Below the pieces are notes generated by a model. That model saw only the letters and a program-made list of their open reading frames with translations. It had not been told where the DNA came from and made no database searches. Positions 39,330 to 47,979 of a stretch of 64,000 bases of DNA are shown one piece after another (position 1 is the stretch's first letter; each line of letters opens with the position of its first letter). A program made the translations under genes and the position numbers. The stretch comes from an uncultured Gammaproteobacteria bacterium (lineage in GTDB: Bacteria > Patescibacteriota > Patescibacteriia > Magasanikbacterales > GWA2-37-8), in contig CAZINT010000004.1 of assembly GCA_964540825.1 (NCBI GenBank), positions 88,835-152,834 on the forward strand, given 5' to 3'.

Positions 39330-39910
39330 AAGAGCCTATATATAATGAGTAATTTGTTCTTGAGAAAGTATAGCATAGTTTTGTCGACTTTAGAATGTTT
39401 TTTTCACTGGAGCGCGGGTGTATAAAAAATAATAAGAACCTTGTCATGAAGAGCAGAAAAAATTTGACTGTTATCAACTATTTTTATGAAGTTTTTTGTT
39501 CTAACAATACAACCACTGCAAAAGATCAAAAGGTGAAGTGATAACGGCAAAAGTCCACGACCGCCCCACCTATCTCCTTTGTTCTCTACCCCTGCTGCCA
39601 GGCTTATCATGGCGCTTACATATGCTTCGAAGTACCGCGCAAAATTCTCCCTGTCAGATTTTTGGCAGCACACCGTGGCTCTTACTCTTTTCTACTTTTA
39701 AAGTAGTGCTATGTAACTACCTTTGAACCCAGCTAAGCGTAATTTTCTGATTTTCTTCGACTATTAACCTCTGAATATACACTTTATTATTTTTGTCAAT
39801 AATAATATCGCATTATTTAGCTTTAATTTTGTTTATTATTAGCCATATTTTATATTTATTGTCAGAATTATTGACACATATTTGACGGTTCGGTATACTA
39901 CAAAAATACT

Positions 39911-40630
39911 ATGGAACTCGCCTTCGCACTTACCCATTTAGGCCTAACACCCAAACAAGCTGACGTTTACCTGGCTTTGCTTCAGGCAGGCAGTGCGTCG
40001 GTCGCTCAATTGTCAAAACGAGCCGATACGAAACGCCCAACCACTTATTTGATTTTAGAGGAACTGCGTGCCAAGGGACTAGCCACCATTACACCAGGCA
40101 AACGAATTGTCTACACGGCCGAATCTCCAGAACGACTGGCTGAAGAGGAACAGAGAAGAAGCAATCTTTTAAAGGCTAAGATTCCTGAGCTAGCCGCTCT
40201 CTACAACTCCAAAAAGGAGAAACCGAAGATCCGTTACTACGAAGGCGCTGATGCTGTTATCACTCTTTATCGCCAGATATTCAATAGTCCAGAAATCGAT
40301 ATGTTCGGATCCATTATTACTATTGATCCGGCAGTGTTCAAAACTATATGGCCCTGGTTAGAAAAATTCGTTAAAGCCAAAAAACGAATTCGAGATTTAG
40401 TACCCCACGACAACAACTCATTTGAATTTGCTAAAAAACGTAATTCTGAATTTCACCAAATAAAAATTACTCCGCGCGAAGCTGAATTTCCAACCGACAA
40501 TATTATCTTTGATAACAAATTAGCCATTTTTTCTTACAAAGATGTGCCGCTTGCAGTAGTTATCGAAAGCGAGGATGTTGTCAAAACCTACCAATCATTG
40601 TTTAATCTTGTTTGGGCCAGTCTGAAATAA
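39911..40630 (+). CDS. TrmB-like HTH transcriptional regulator
   Basis: N-terminal LGLTPKQADVYLALLQAGSASVAQLSKRADTKRPTTYLILEELRAKGL winged-helix; paralogous architecture to 44241-45020. Confidence 0.65.
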   Translation: MELAFALTHLGLTPKQADVYLALLQAGSASVAQLSKRADTKRPTTYLILEELRAKGLATITPGKRIVYTAESPERLAEEEQRRSNLLKAKIPELAALYNSKKEKPKIRYYEGADAVITLYRQIFNSPEIDMFGSIITIDPAVFKTIWPWLEKFVKAKKRIRDLVPHDNNSFEFAKKRNSEFHQIKITPREAEFPTDNIIFDNKLAIFSYKDVPLAVVIESEDVVKTYQSLFNLVWASLK

Positions 40631-40713
40631 GTGAGTTTGACAAAACACTTTATTTAAAATAAAGTGTTCCACGGGGGAACAAAAAGTTTCCCGTGAAACA
40701 TTTCTAATTTTAT

Positions 40714-41073
40714 ATGCTATCACTTGATTTCATAGCAGGCCTCGTTGCCGGAGAGGGTTCGTTCATGTGGATTAAACAAGGAGGAAACGAAATTCCTGTT
40801 TTTCAGTTAAAAATGCATGCATCTGAGCGCTCTTTATTTGAAATGGTTAAGGAAACTCTGGGCTTAAAGGAAAAGATTTATGAATATAATCATCAAAACC
40901 GTCATTACGTGGTAATTTTGGTACGTAAAAGAACAAGTATTGAAGATACAATTATTCCCAGCTTTGAAAACCGCCTCTACGGGCTTAAAAAAATTCAATT
41001 CGATGAGTGGAAAAATAAATTCTTTGAAAGAAAAACACTCTATAAATATAAAATTAAAAAACGGCTAACTTAA
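40714..41073 (+). CDS. Free-standing single-motif LAGLIDADG homing-endonuclease-like protein
   Basis: LDFIAGLVAGEGSF LAGLIDADG motif near N-terminus, ~119 aa typical of homodimeric I-CreI-type enzymes; own TTGACA promoter. Confidence 0.7.
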   Translation: MLSLDFIAGLVAGEGSFMWIKQGGNEIPVFQLKMHASERSLFEMVKETLGLKEKIYEYNHQNRHYVVILVRKRTSIEDTIIPSFENRLYGLKKIQFDEWKNKFFERKTLYKYKIKKRLT

Positions 41074-41279
41074 GCCGTTATTTTTATTTTTGTATACAAT
41101 AGTGTAGACATTTATCCACTTACTAGCGACTTATACACTGGCTTATCCACAGTTTTGTGCACTTTTACATAAAAATAAAAACACCCCTGATTGTATAGAG
41201 GTGTTTTTAGAAGTGGCCGAGCGCAATCCAAAATATGGAAAGGCTCGGCCGAAAAGGAACGGCGCGAAGGCCGGCGTAG

Positions 41280-41831
41280 CTATGGGAACGTGACGAGGCT
41301 GATGACCTTGTAGCCGTCGAGTGCTTGCCGTCCGCCGCAGGACTCGATCTCGAAGAGGAAGAGGAAGCCGGCGACGATGCCGCCGAGCCTCTCAACGATC
41401 TTGGCCGTTGCCGCGGCTGTACCGCCGGTAGCGAGGCCGTCGTCGACAATAAGGACCCGCTGGCCCACCTCGATTGCGTAGTCTGGCATCTCGATGGCGC
41501 TCGCGCCGTACTCGAGGCCGTACGACTCACGGACGAGCTCGGCGTACTTGCGCACCGGTATCTTGCCGGCCTTGCGCACCATGACAGAACCCTTGCGACC
41601 CCACTGAGAAATGGGCTCGCCGAAGATAAAGCCGCGGGCGTCGATCATGGCGACCAAGTCGAAGCCGATGCCCGCGAGCTCGAGCTGGCGCTGCATCTCG
41701 CGGAAGCAGGTCTCTTTGGCCGCGGGGTTCCGGAGCAGGGGGCTGATGTCACGGAACACGATGCCCGGCTGCGGGAAGTCCGCGATAGGTTCGAGGAACT
41801 GAGACAGGTAGTGAGCTGTTGAGCGGTTCAT
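41280..41831 (-). CDS. apt: Adenine phosphoribosyltransferase (type I PRTase); GC-rich
   Basis: PRPP-binding VLIVDDGLATGGT motif, 183 aa. Confidence 0.85.
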   Translation of the reverse strand: MNRSTAHYLSQFLEPIADFPQPGIVFRDISPLLRNPAAKETCFREMQRQLELAGIGFDLVAMIDARGFIFGEPISQWGRKGSVMVRKAGKIPVRKYAELVRESYGLEYGASAIEMPDYAIEVGQRVLIVDDGLATGGTAAATAKIVERLGGIVAGFLFLFEIESCGGRQALDGYKVISLVTFP

Positions 41832-41847
41832 GGTCGGTGGTCTCCTT

Positions 41848-42915
41848 TTACCGATGATCCGGGGAGCTCCAGGCCTTTATGATGGCGCTGAGGCTGGCGT
41901 CGTTATCGCTGCGCATCGACTGGTAGAGCGCCTCGCTGAGCAGCTCATCGAGCGGCAGCACTGTGAGCCACTCGCTGTTACGAGCACAGTACTCCTGGTC
42001 GCGCGGAATGGACTCGGTGATGAACACCTCGGCGCCGAGCGCCTTGAGCCGTTCCTCAGCAGAACGCGGAAGGGACAATGGATCGCTACCCTTGTCCCGC
42101 GAAGGAGAGAAGACACCGTGAGTTGCCGCGATATATGTCTGGCGAATACCCTGCTGCTTGCCGACGGTGACCGATGCCTGAAGCGACTTGGCAGTGTCGA
42201 TGAGATCATCGATGTAGACCGCATCCTTGCCATCGACCTCGCCTTCACCGGTGAAGTAGGTGATCTCCGCCTCGTTGGCGCGCGGACGTCGCTTGCCAAA
42301 GTTGTAGACCTTCACGGCTCCATCGATCATATCAGCGAAACGTCGCGCACGGGGCAAACCGCCATCGTCGGTCGAGATGACAACGAGGCTACGATAGTTG
42401 CCCGCATACCGCTCGCGAAAGTAGCGAGCGAAGACGAGGGCACCCGGCAGGTTGTCGGCAGGCCTCGAGAAGAAGCCCTGCTCCTGATCGGCGTGGAAGT
42501 CCATCGTCATGACGTTCTTGACGCTGTCACACAGCTCGAGCATGTCGGCCACGTCGCGTGCCGAGATCGGCTCGCGTCCTTCGGCCTTGCGATCCTGCCG
42601 CATGTACGGCAGATAGGGCAGGACGAGGAAAATGCGGTCGACCGAGGCGCGGTGGAGCGCCTTAATGGTCAAGTAGAGTCGCATGAGCTGCTCGTTGGGG
42701 TTCGGATGCAGCTCCCAGAAGAGGTAGACCTCCTGACGACGCACAGTCACCGGGATCATCGGCTTGCCCTCGCCGTTGGCGAAGGCGATGTAGTTGACGG
42801 TCGCCGCACGAATCGGTTCGCCGATCTGACGGAGACGCTCCTGGATACGATGCACGAGCGGGGCCATACCCTCGGAGCACAGAATAAGCCGGGGTGCACT
42901 GATCATCTTTACCAC
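41848..42915 (-). CDS. prs: Ribose-phosphate pyrophosphokinase (PRPP synthetase) with N/C-terminal extensions; GC-rich
   Basis: Collinear Prs motifs: FANGE, LPYLPYMRQDRK, DFHADQEQGFF, KRRPRANEAE, YIDDLIDTAKSL. Confidence 0.8.
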   Translation of the reverse strand: MVKMISAPRLILCSEGMAPLVHRIQERLRQIGEPIRAATVNYIAFANGEGKPMIPVTVRRQEVYLFWELHPNPNEQLMRLYLTIKALHRASVDRIFLVLPYLPYMRQDRKAEGREPISARDVADMLELCDSVKNVMTMDFHADQEQGFFSRPADNLPGALVFARYFRERYAGNYRSLVVISTDDGGLPRARRFADMIDGAVKVYNFGKRRPRANEAEITYFTGEGEVDGKDAVYIDDLIDTAKSLQASVTVGKQQGIRQTYIAATHGVFSPSRDKGSDPLSLPRSAEERLKALGAEVFITESIPRDQEYCARNSEWLTVLPLDELLSEALYQSMRSDNDASLSAIIKAWSSPDHR

Positions 42916-42949
42916 CTATTTCCTTGTTGTTCGTTGCGTTTCAGCAATT

Positions 42950-43459
42950 CTAGAACTGAGCCATGGCCGCAAGTATTGCATCAGCGATGACTCGCTCGCG
43001 CTTGAGGCGGCCTTGGCTGAAGATACTCTGCAAATCCTGGTGATCCGCACCTGGATGGGTCTCACAGTAGATCTTGCCCGCAGTCGTGGTCTTGAAGCCG
43101 CGCTTGCGAGCAATGTGGATCAGGTACGTCGGCACCTGGGTGCCAACCGACCAGACGCGCACTGTCTTGCCGGCCCGGTTACGGATAATGACGCAAGCAA
43201 CATCGTACCAGCGGCGCGCCAGGCACTGTAGACCGCTCTCAATAGCGATCCAGTAGTCAGCCTTGGGGCAGGCCCGAACGATCGCCTTCAGTCGATTACA
43301 TGCGCCGCGCTCGGTCTCAGTCGCACCAACCGGATTATCGCTGACGAGCGATTGAGCCGGGAAGCTGCGAACACTGTCCTTCGGGCAGGCAAGCTTGGCT
43401 GCGGTAATCTTGGGGTGACTCTTGGAAGACACAGCCACAAGAAGCTTTTTTCTTCTCAC
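42950..43459 (-). CDS. Inosine/xanthosine triphosphatase YjjX-like (DUF84, Maf/Ham1 superfamily); GTG start; GC-rich
   Basis: Collinear similarity to E. coli YjjX (VAVSSKSHPKI..., ETERGACNRL, ADYWIAIESGL); AAGGAGAG RBS 4-5 nt upstream of GTG. Confidence 0.6.
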   Translation of the reverse strand: MRRKKLLVAVSSKSHPKITAAKLACPKDSVRSFPAQSLVSDNPVGATETERGACNRLKAIVRACPKADYWIAIESGLQCLARRWYDVACVIIRNRAGKTVRVWSVGTQVPTYLIHIARKRGFKTTTAGKIYCETHPGADHQDLQSIFSQGRLKRERVIADAILAAMAQF

Positions 43460-43475
43460 GGGCTCTCCTTGTTTC

Positions 43476-43530
43476 CGATATGTAGTGCAGCAGAAGCATG
43501 ATCATCAAACTGCCGCTGCACTACATATCG
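43476..43530 (-). promoter_or_regulatory. Perfect 16-bp stem / 23-nt loop hairpin in 5' leader of yjjX-prs-apt operon
   Basis: CGATATGTAGTGCAGC...GCTGCACTACATATCG lies between promoter and RBS. Confidence 0.55.
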
Positions 43531-43591
43531 TTTGGTTGTGAATGAACGGTCAGTAAAACCACGGACTTCAGACAGGCCGGAAAAACAGCCA

Positions 43592-43620
43592 ACTATAGCC
43601 GACAATCTTATGTTTGTCAA
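43592..43620 (-). promoter_or_regulatory. Sigma70-type promoter TTGACA-17-TATAGT driving yjjX-prs-apt
   Basis: Reverse strand reads ttgacaaacataagattgtcggctatagt. Confidence 0.55.
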
Positions 43621-43800
43621 TGCTAAAGCATAGAGTTTTAAAACTCCTGCCTCCAGCATTTTTATTGTCAAAGAGCAGTTTGCGAGCAACTGACGTGCCA
43701 GCGCTCTACCCAGTTCAAAAACCGGGCAGAGAAATGGTCCGGTCGAGCATAGAAACGTCGACCGGAAAAGTTGAAAAGGCACACACAAAGCAAAACCGAA

Positions 43801-44067
43801 CTACCGGTCACCCGACCACGTGCGGTTCACCTTCCGCTTCTTGTCGAGCGCTTCCTTGATCCGGAGCGGCAAGTCCTTCGGCGGCACATCGTTCTTCTTA
43901 CCGCACACGGGGCACAGGAACTCGTACCGAGCTGCCTGGTTATCATAGCGCTCCGGCGCCATAAGATCTGCCTCGTCCACGAGAAGCGTCGCGGCGCAGT
44001 CCTTTTCGTTGCAGACGTACTCGTGACTCCAAGGATTCTTCCAATTGCCTTCTTTGAGGATCTTCAT
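43801..44067 (-). CDS. Small zinc-ribbon protein (CxxC...CPVC); GC-rich
   Basis: GGAGAAG RBS 4 nt before ATG; two Cys pairs. Confidence 0.45.
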   Translation of the reverse strand: MKILKEGNWKNPWSHEYVCNEKDCAATLLVDEADLMAPERYDNQAARYEFLCPVCGKKNDVPPKDLPLRIKEALDKKRKVNRTWSGDR

Positions 44068-44240
44068 GGGTCTTCTCCATTGTGAAAGAGCGGTTCGTCA
44101 GCACTTCGCTAACAAGACAACTCTATGACAACAGCGATTTTATTTATATAATTTTTGGTATATTTTTTGACTAATTAAATAATTTACTTTAAAATAAGGC
44201 AAATATATATAAATATTTACTACGTAAAATTTAGTAGTTT

Positions 44241-45020
44241 ATGTCTTTAATTAAAATTACCGCTCTGCAAAGCAAAGAAATTAATGAGGTACTGGGACGT
44301 TTTGGTTTAAACGATAAGGAGCGCAAGGTCTATCTAAAATTACTCACCTTTAAGCCCACAACACTCACACCACTCGCACGAAGTGCCGGATTACCCGTGA
44401 CTACGGTACAGGCCGTGCTGGGGAGGCTAGTCGATTTTGGTGTTGTCAACGTAACAAAGCGCAAATCTCGTCATGTCTACGAGGCAGCTGAACCTGTTGT
44501 TCTTAAACAAATCATGGAACGTAAAGTTGAAGAAGCGACAGAAATAATTCCCTTTTTAAAATCACTCCAAGGGCAGAGTGAGGGTAAGGCAAAAATTCGT
44601 TTGTACTACCGCGAACGTATGAATGATATTTTTTTGGAAGCACTTGAAGCAAAAAATAAAACACTGTATGAAATTGTGGCCGGTAAAGAAATTCAGGATA
44701 TTTTTGGTGAACGTTTTCACTTTACAAGGCGGCGGGTGGAAAAAAAGATTTTTCTCAAAAGCCTGCGTGTAGAAAGTAGGGAAATAAAAAAATACTCCCG
44801 CCTCAGTCATGTGCGAGAACTGCGTGAAGCTAAATTTTTAGCTCGTGAATTTACTTTTCAGGCCTCGATTTTTTTCTGGGATGATAGCGTTGCTTTTTTT
44901 AGTACCCGCGAAGAAGGCTTGGCCTGGGTTGTTGAAAGCAAAGTTATCCGAAAGATGATTGAACAAATTTTCAATCTCTGCTGGAGTCTGGGGAGACCAA
45001 TGGAAACGGCTCAATCTTAA
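44241..45020 (+). CDS. TrmB-like HTH transcriptional regulator (paralog of 39911-40630)
   Basis: N-terminal winged helix (KVYLKLLTFKPTTLTPLARSAGLPVTTVQAVLGRLVDFGVV) and similar C-terminus (IFNLCWSLG vs LFNLVWASL). Confidence 0.6.
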   Translation: MSLIKITALQSKEINEVLGRFGLNDKERKVYLKLLTFKPTTLTPLARSAGLPVTTVQAVLGRLVDFGVVNVTKRKSRHVYEAAEPVVLKQIMERKVEEATEIIPFLKSLQGQSEGKAKIRLYYRERMNDIFLEALEAKNKTLYEIVAGKEIQDIFGERFHFTRRRVEKKIFLKSLRVESREIKKYSRLSHVRELREAKFLAREFTFQASIFFWDDSVAFFSTREEGLAWVVESKVIRKMIEQIFNLCWSLGRPMETAQS

Positions 45021-45045
45021 AAAAATAAATCTTCCTCAAGAGAAG

Positions 45046-45119
45046 ATTTAAAACTTGGTGGACCTAGGCAGAATCGGACTGCCGCTCCGGCAATGCGAAT
45101 GCCGTGTCATACCACTAGA
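45046..45119 (-). tRNA. tRNA-Ala (anticodon CGC), CCA encoded
   Basis: Reverse strand GGGCCTATGGTCTAGTGGTA...CGGCA-TTCGCAT-TGCCG...GGCAG-TCCGATT-CTGCC-TAGGTCC-A-CCA; G3:U70 pair present. Confidence 0.8.
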
Positions 45120-45139
45120 CCATAGGCCCGTTTTTTCTT

Positions 45140-45166
45140 AAATCTTATTCGTTCAATGCTGTGCCC
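45140..45166. repeat. 27-nt direct repeat copy of tRNA-Arg 3' end plus trailer (second copy 45265-45291)
   Basis: cgttcaatgctgtgcccccgaagggaa occurs twice 125 bp apart. Confidence 0.7.
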
Positions 45167-45276
45167 CCGAAGGGAAATTTCACGCGTCGTTTCACTCCTT
45201 CACGAAAAGGGCTTCCGCCCTCTCGTGTGCTCTCCCGGGCAAAAGTGGGAAACTCCCGTTTCCCAAACCCTTCCCG

Positions 45277-45348
45277 TTCAATGCTGTGCCCCCGAAGGGA
45301 ATTGAACCCCTATCTCACCCTTAGGACGGGTTTGTTCGATCCGTTGAA
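45277..45348 (-). tRNA. tRNA-Arg (anticodon CCT)
   Basis: Reverse strand GCCCCCG-TA-GTTC-AACGGATC-GAAC-A-AACCC-GTCCTAA-GGGTG-AGAT-AGGGG-TTCAATT-CCCTT-CGGGGGC-A; one A:G mismatch at top of anticodon stem. Confidence 0.65.
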
Positions 45349-45557
45349 CTACGGGGGCAACCACTTTTCGGGATAGCTCGTGGGCGTCATGGTAGCGTAA
45401 AATACTTCGTTTGGCAAGCAACTATATTGTCTACTAAAAAAATAAAAATCCCTTTGGTAAGGAATTTTTATGCAACGCTTTACTCTCAACATTAAAGAGA
45501 TACTGTGGAGAGAAGAGCGGCGCCTGGGGGACAGGCGCGCGAGAGAATGGTCAGTGG

Positions 45558-45956
45558 CTACGGTGCGCAGACCTCAGGCGCAAAGGGTCTCGACGACGTA
45601 CGCGACGTCCGGAGCGTCGGGGCGTCGGGGCCCTCGATCTCACGAATGAAGTCGTCACCCCCCAAGTCGAGGGCTGCGGCTGCGGCTGCAACCCTCTCGT
45701 CGTGCTCGAAGAACCAGCACTTGGGGATCGCCGGGAGCGTTCCCATATCGACCACGGTACCCTCCTCCACCGAGTCCACTACGGAGGAAGCAGGCAACGG
45801 TAGGGGCGGGGCCGTGCGGCCCTGGAGACGATCGAGCGCAGCGCTAAACGTCGCCCACGGGACGAGCCCGGTGGGGACGGGCTTGAGCGGAGCGCGGCGC
45901 GGGTAGCCCCGCAGATCATGCAGCGCGAAACAGGGCGGATCAGAAAAGAACGGCAT
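45558..45956 (-). CDS. Hypothetical protein, GC-rich compositional outlier
   Basis: GGAGGG-6nt-ATG; the opposite-strand ORF (45505-45906) shares wobble positions and is low-complexity, so the minus-strand frame is preferred. Confidence 0.4.
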   Translation of the reverse strand: MPFFSDPPCFALHDLRGYPRRAPLKPVPTGLVPWATFSAALDRLQGRTAPPLPLPASSVVDSVEEGTVVDMGTLPAIPKCWFFEHDERVAAAAAALDLGGDDFIREIEGPDAPTLRTSRTSSRPFAPEVCAP

Positions 45957-46219
45957 TGGACACCCTCCAAATAGACGGTTACTTAGCAATTCAAACGATT
46001 TAAACAGCTAATTGACCGCTTATTTGGGGGATCCGTTATTTGAACTTTAAAACAAAAACCGGCCTTTCGTTCCGGCCGGACGCCGCAGCATAGCATATTT
46101 TAAGTCTTTTGTCAAGGGTGTTTTGGGAATATTTGGCTAATATTACTCTTTTTTTCCTTCTTTTGCTTGTCGCCCGGACCGAAACAAGCTACAATGGGGC
46201 TTACTAACTCTCTACATAT

Positions 46220-47314
46220 ATGGAAGCAGCCTCTGTACTTATCGGCATACTTATCATTCTCCTTTTAGCTATCCTTGGATTAGTTTTTGTTTTGTACCGA
46301 AAAATTCAAGCGGGCCAACAACCCAAAGAAGGCGAACAAAACATTTACATCATGCTCCAAAACCAGATTCAAGATTTAGGTCGCCTAGTAGATCAAAAAA
46401 TGAACGACACCAATAGGAACATGAACGAGTCGCAGAAAAACATGCATCAAACCATTCAGACGCAATTTGGGCAGAGCGTCAAAATTATTACCGAGGTTAC
46501 CGAGCGGCTCACCAAGCTGGACGAAACCAACAAACAGGTGATGGGTTTTGCCGACCAATTACAACAGCTGGAAAGTGTGCTGCAAAACCCTAAACAGCGC
46601 GGCATCTTAGGTGAATATTATTTAGAAAATGTTTTAAACAATGTGTTGCCGCCTGGCAGCTACCAGATGCAGTACAAATTTGAAAATGGTGACATTGTCG
46701 ACGCGGCAATTTTTGTGAAAGATAAAATTATTCCGGTTGATTCGAAATTCAGTTTGGAAAATTATAACCGAGCGATTGAAGAAAAAGATCCGGATCGCCG
46801 GGCAGAGCTTGAAGCACTCTTCAAAAATGATTTGAAAAAACGGATTGACGAAACCAGTAAATACATTAAACCCAAGGAAAACACGATGGATTTCGCGTTT
46901 ATGTTTATTCCGGCCGAAGGGATTTATTACGACCTGCTTATTAATAAAGTTGGCGCGCTCAAAGTAAACTCTGCAGCACTTATCGAATATGCCTTCAAAG
47001 AAAAACGCGTCATCATTGTTTCGCCAACATCGTTTCTTGCGTACCTCCAAACCGTCATGCAAGGCCTGCGCGCGCTTAAAATTGAAGAATCGGCCAAAGA
47101 AATTATGGGCCGCGTCGAAGAGTTGGGTCGGCACATTTTGGCGTATGATGATTATTTTAAAAAACTGGGCAATAACCTAGCAACAACTGTGAACTCATAT
47201 AACACTGCCTACAAAGAACTCAACAAGATTGATAAAGACGTGATGAAAATTACCGGCAGCGAGAAAAAAATTGAAACACTGCTTATCGATAAACCAAATA
47301 CGGAATTACTTTAA
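46220..47314 (+). CDS. rmuC: DNA recombination protein RmuC
   Basis: N-terminal TM helix, long coiled-coil, C-terminal RmuC nuclease-like region (FMFIPAEGIYYDLL). Confidence 0.75.
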   Translation: MEAASVLIGILIILLLAILGLVFVLYRKIQAGQQPKEGEQNIYIMLQNQIQDLGRLVDQKMNDTNRNMNESQKNMHQTIQTQFGQSVKIITEVTERLTKLDETNKQVMGFADQLQQLESVLQNPKQRGILGEYYLENVLNNVLPPGSYQMQYKFENGDIVDAAIFVKDKIIPVDSKFSLENYNRAIEEKDPDRRAELEALFKNDLKKRIDETSKYIKPKENTMDFAFMFIPAEGIYYDLLINKVGALKVNSAALIEYAFKEKRVIIVSPTSFLAYLQTVMQGLRALKIEESAKEIMGRVEELGRHILAYDDYFKKLGNNLATTVNSYNTAYKELNKIDKDVMKITGSEKKIETLLIDKPNTELL

Positions 47315-47388
47315 AATAAAGAAGGCTCCCGTGGCGCGCAGGCAATGAGCCGACGAACCGTGGGAACCAGGAATCCGTAAAGAGCTTT

Positions 47389-47844
47389 TCAGCGGAGCGT
47401 GCAGTTGATGTACCGTCCAGGGGTTTGCGGGCTGTAGCTCACGGACAACCCGTTTGCCGCGACACTCCGCGTCAACAGCCAGTGCCGGTAGCGGGGCGGC
47501 AGCGCCTCACCGGTCAGGGTACCCTTCACCATCAGGTAGCAGTTCAGCTCCGGTCCGTCGTAGGTGGGGATGATGTGGACGAAGACGCTGAAGCGCTCCG
47601 GCGGACCATGCATGATTGGCCCAAACTGGTTCCCCGGGAGCGGCCAGCGCAGCTCGCACGCTGACACCCGAGTGCTTCCCGGGACCACCAGGAAGCCAAG
47701 GCGTGCCCGCTCTTTTCCGCATCCGTCATCAGCCTGAGGAAGTGTGAAAGGGAGGCCGTCCGCGAACACCTTCGGCACATCGTTGCCAAGGTAATTCGGT
47801 CCGACGAGCGACAAGGCAACAAGGGCAAGACTTTTGGCCTGCAT
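47389..47844 (-). CDS. Secreted hypothetical protein, GC-rich compositional outlier
   Basis: GGAGAA-4nt-ATG; signal peptide MQAKSLALVALSLVG; longer ORF to 47907 lacks RBS. Confidence 0.45.
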   Translation of the reverse strand: MQAKSLALVALSLVGPNYLGNDVPKVFADGLPFTLPQADDGCGKERARLGFLVVPGSTRVSACELRWPLPGNQFGPIMHGPPERFSVFVHIIPTYDGPELNCYLMVKGTLTGEALPPRYRHWLLTRSVAANGLSVSYSPQTPGRYINCTLR

Positions 47845-47979
47845 CCGATTCTCCAAAACAAGTTGGTGGACGGACAGTATGTACACACAACACATCACTT
47901 TTGTCAACGCCTTGACTTTTCCTTACCTATCAGCTATACTGTGCGTATTCGCTCTCAAATTTAGTCTCTTACTTATACT

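Noticed and set aside
41848-42915. Interpretation of prs plus the PRTase as a phage-type NAD+ reconstitution anti-defence pair (Adps/Namat-like)
   Set aside because: The PRTase is a canonical type I adenine PRTase rather than a NAMPT-like type II enzyme. Prs retains all standard PRPP-synthetase motifs. The third gene is a housekeeping-type NTP pyrophosphatase. No phage structural or lysis genes are nearby. A salvage operon is more parsimonious, though the alternative is noted in the findings.
41207-43459. Plus-strand ORFs 41325-41822 and 41830-42990, plus other overlapping frames in the GC-rich operon
   Set aside because: These are antisense or out-of-frame readings of the apt/prs/yjjX genes, typical of high-GC DNA; the minus-strand genes have clear enzyme motifs
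45161-45376. 71-aa plus-strand ORF
   Set aside because: It overlaps tRNA-Arg and the tRNA-end repeats on the opposite strand; no RBS; an artefact of the ORF finder
45505-45906. 133-aa plus-strand ORF in the GC-rich block
   Set aside because: It shares wobble positions with the opposite-strand ORF, its translation is Arg/Ser/Ala low-complexity, and it has no RBS; the minus-strand frame with GGAGGG-ATG is preferred
45480-45990. GC-rich ~400-500 nt islands considered as structural RNA genes (RNase P RNA, tmRNA, SRP RNA), which typically stand out as GC-rich in AT-rich genomes
   Set aside because: No P4 motifs (GGAAAGTCCGG / ACAGAACCCGGCTTA), no tmRNA tRNA-like ends or tag ORF, and no SRP domain IV motif were found by eye. 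Each block instead has a Shine-Dalgarno site and a long ORF with strong GC3 bias. Not checked with covariance models, so moderate certainty only.
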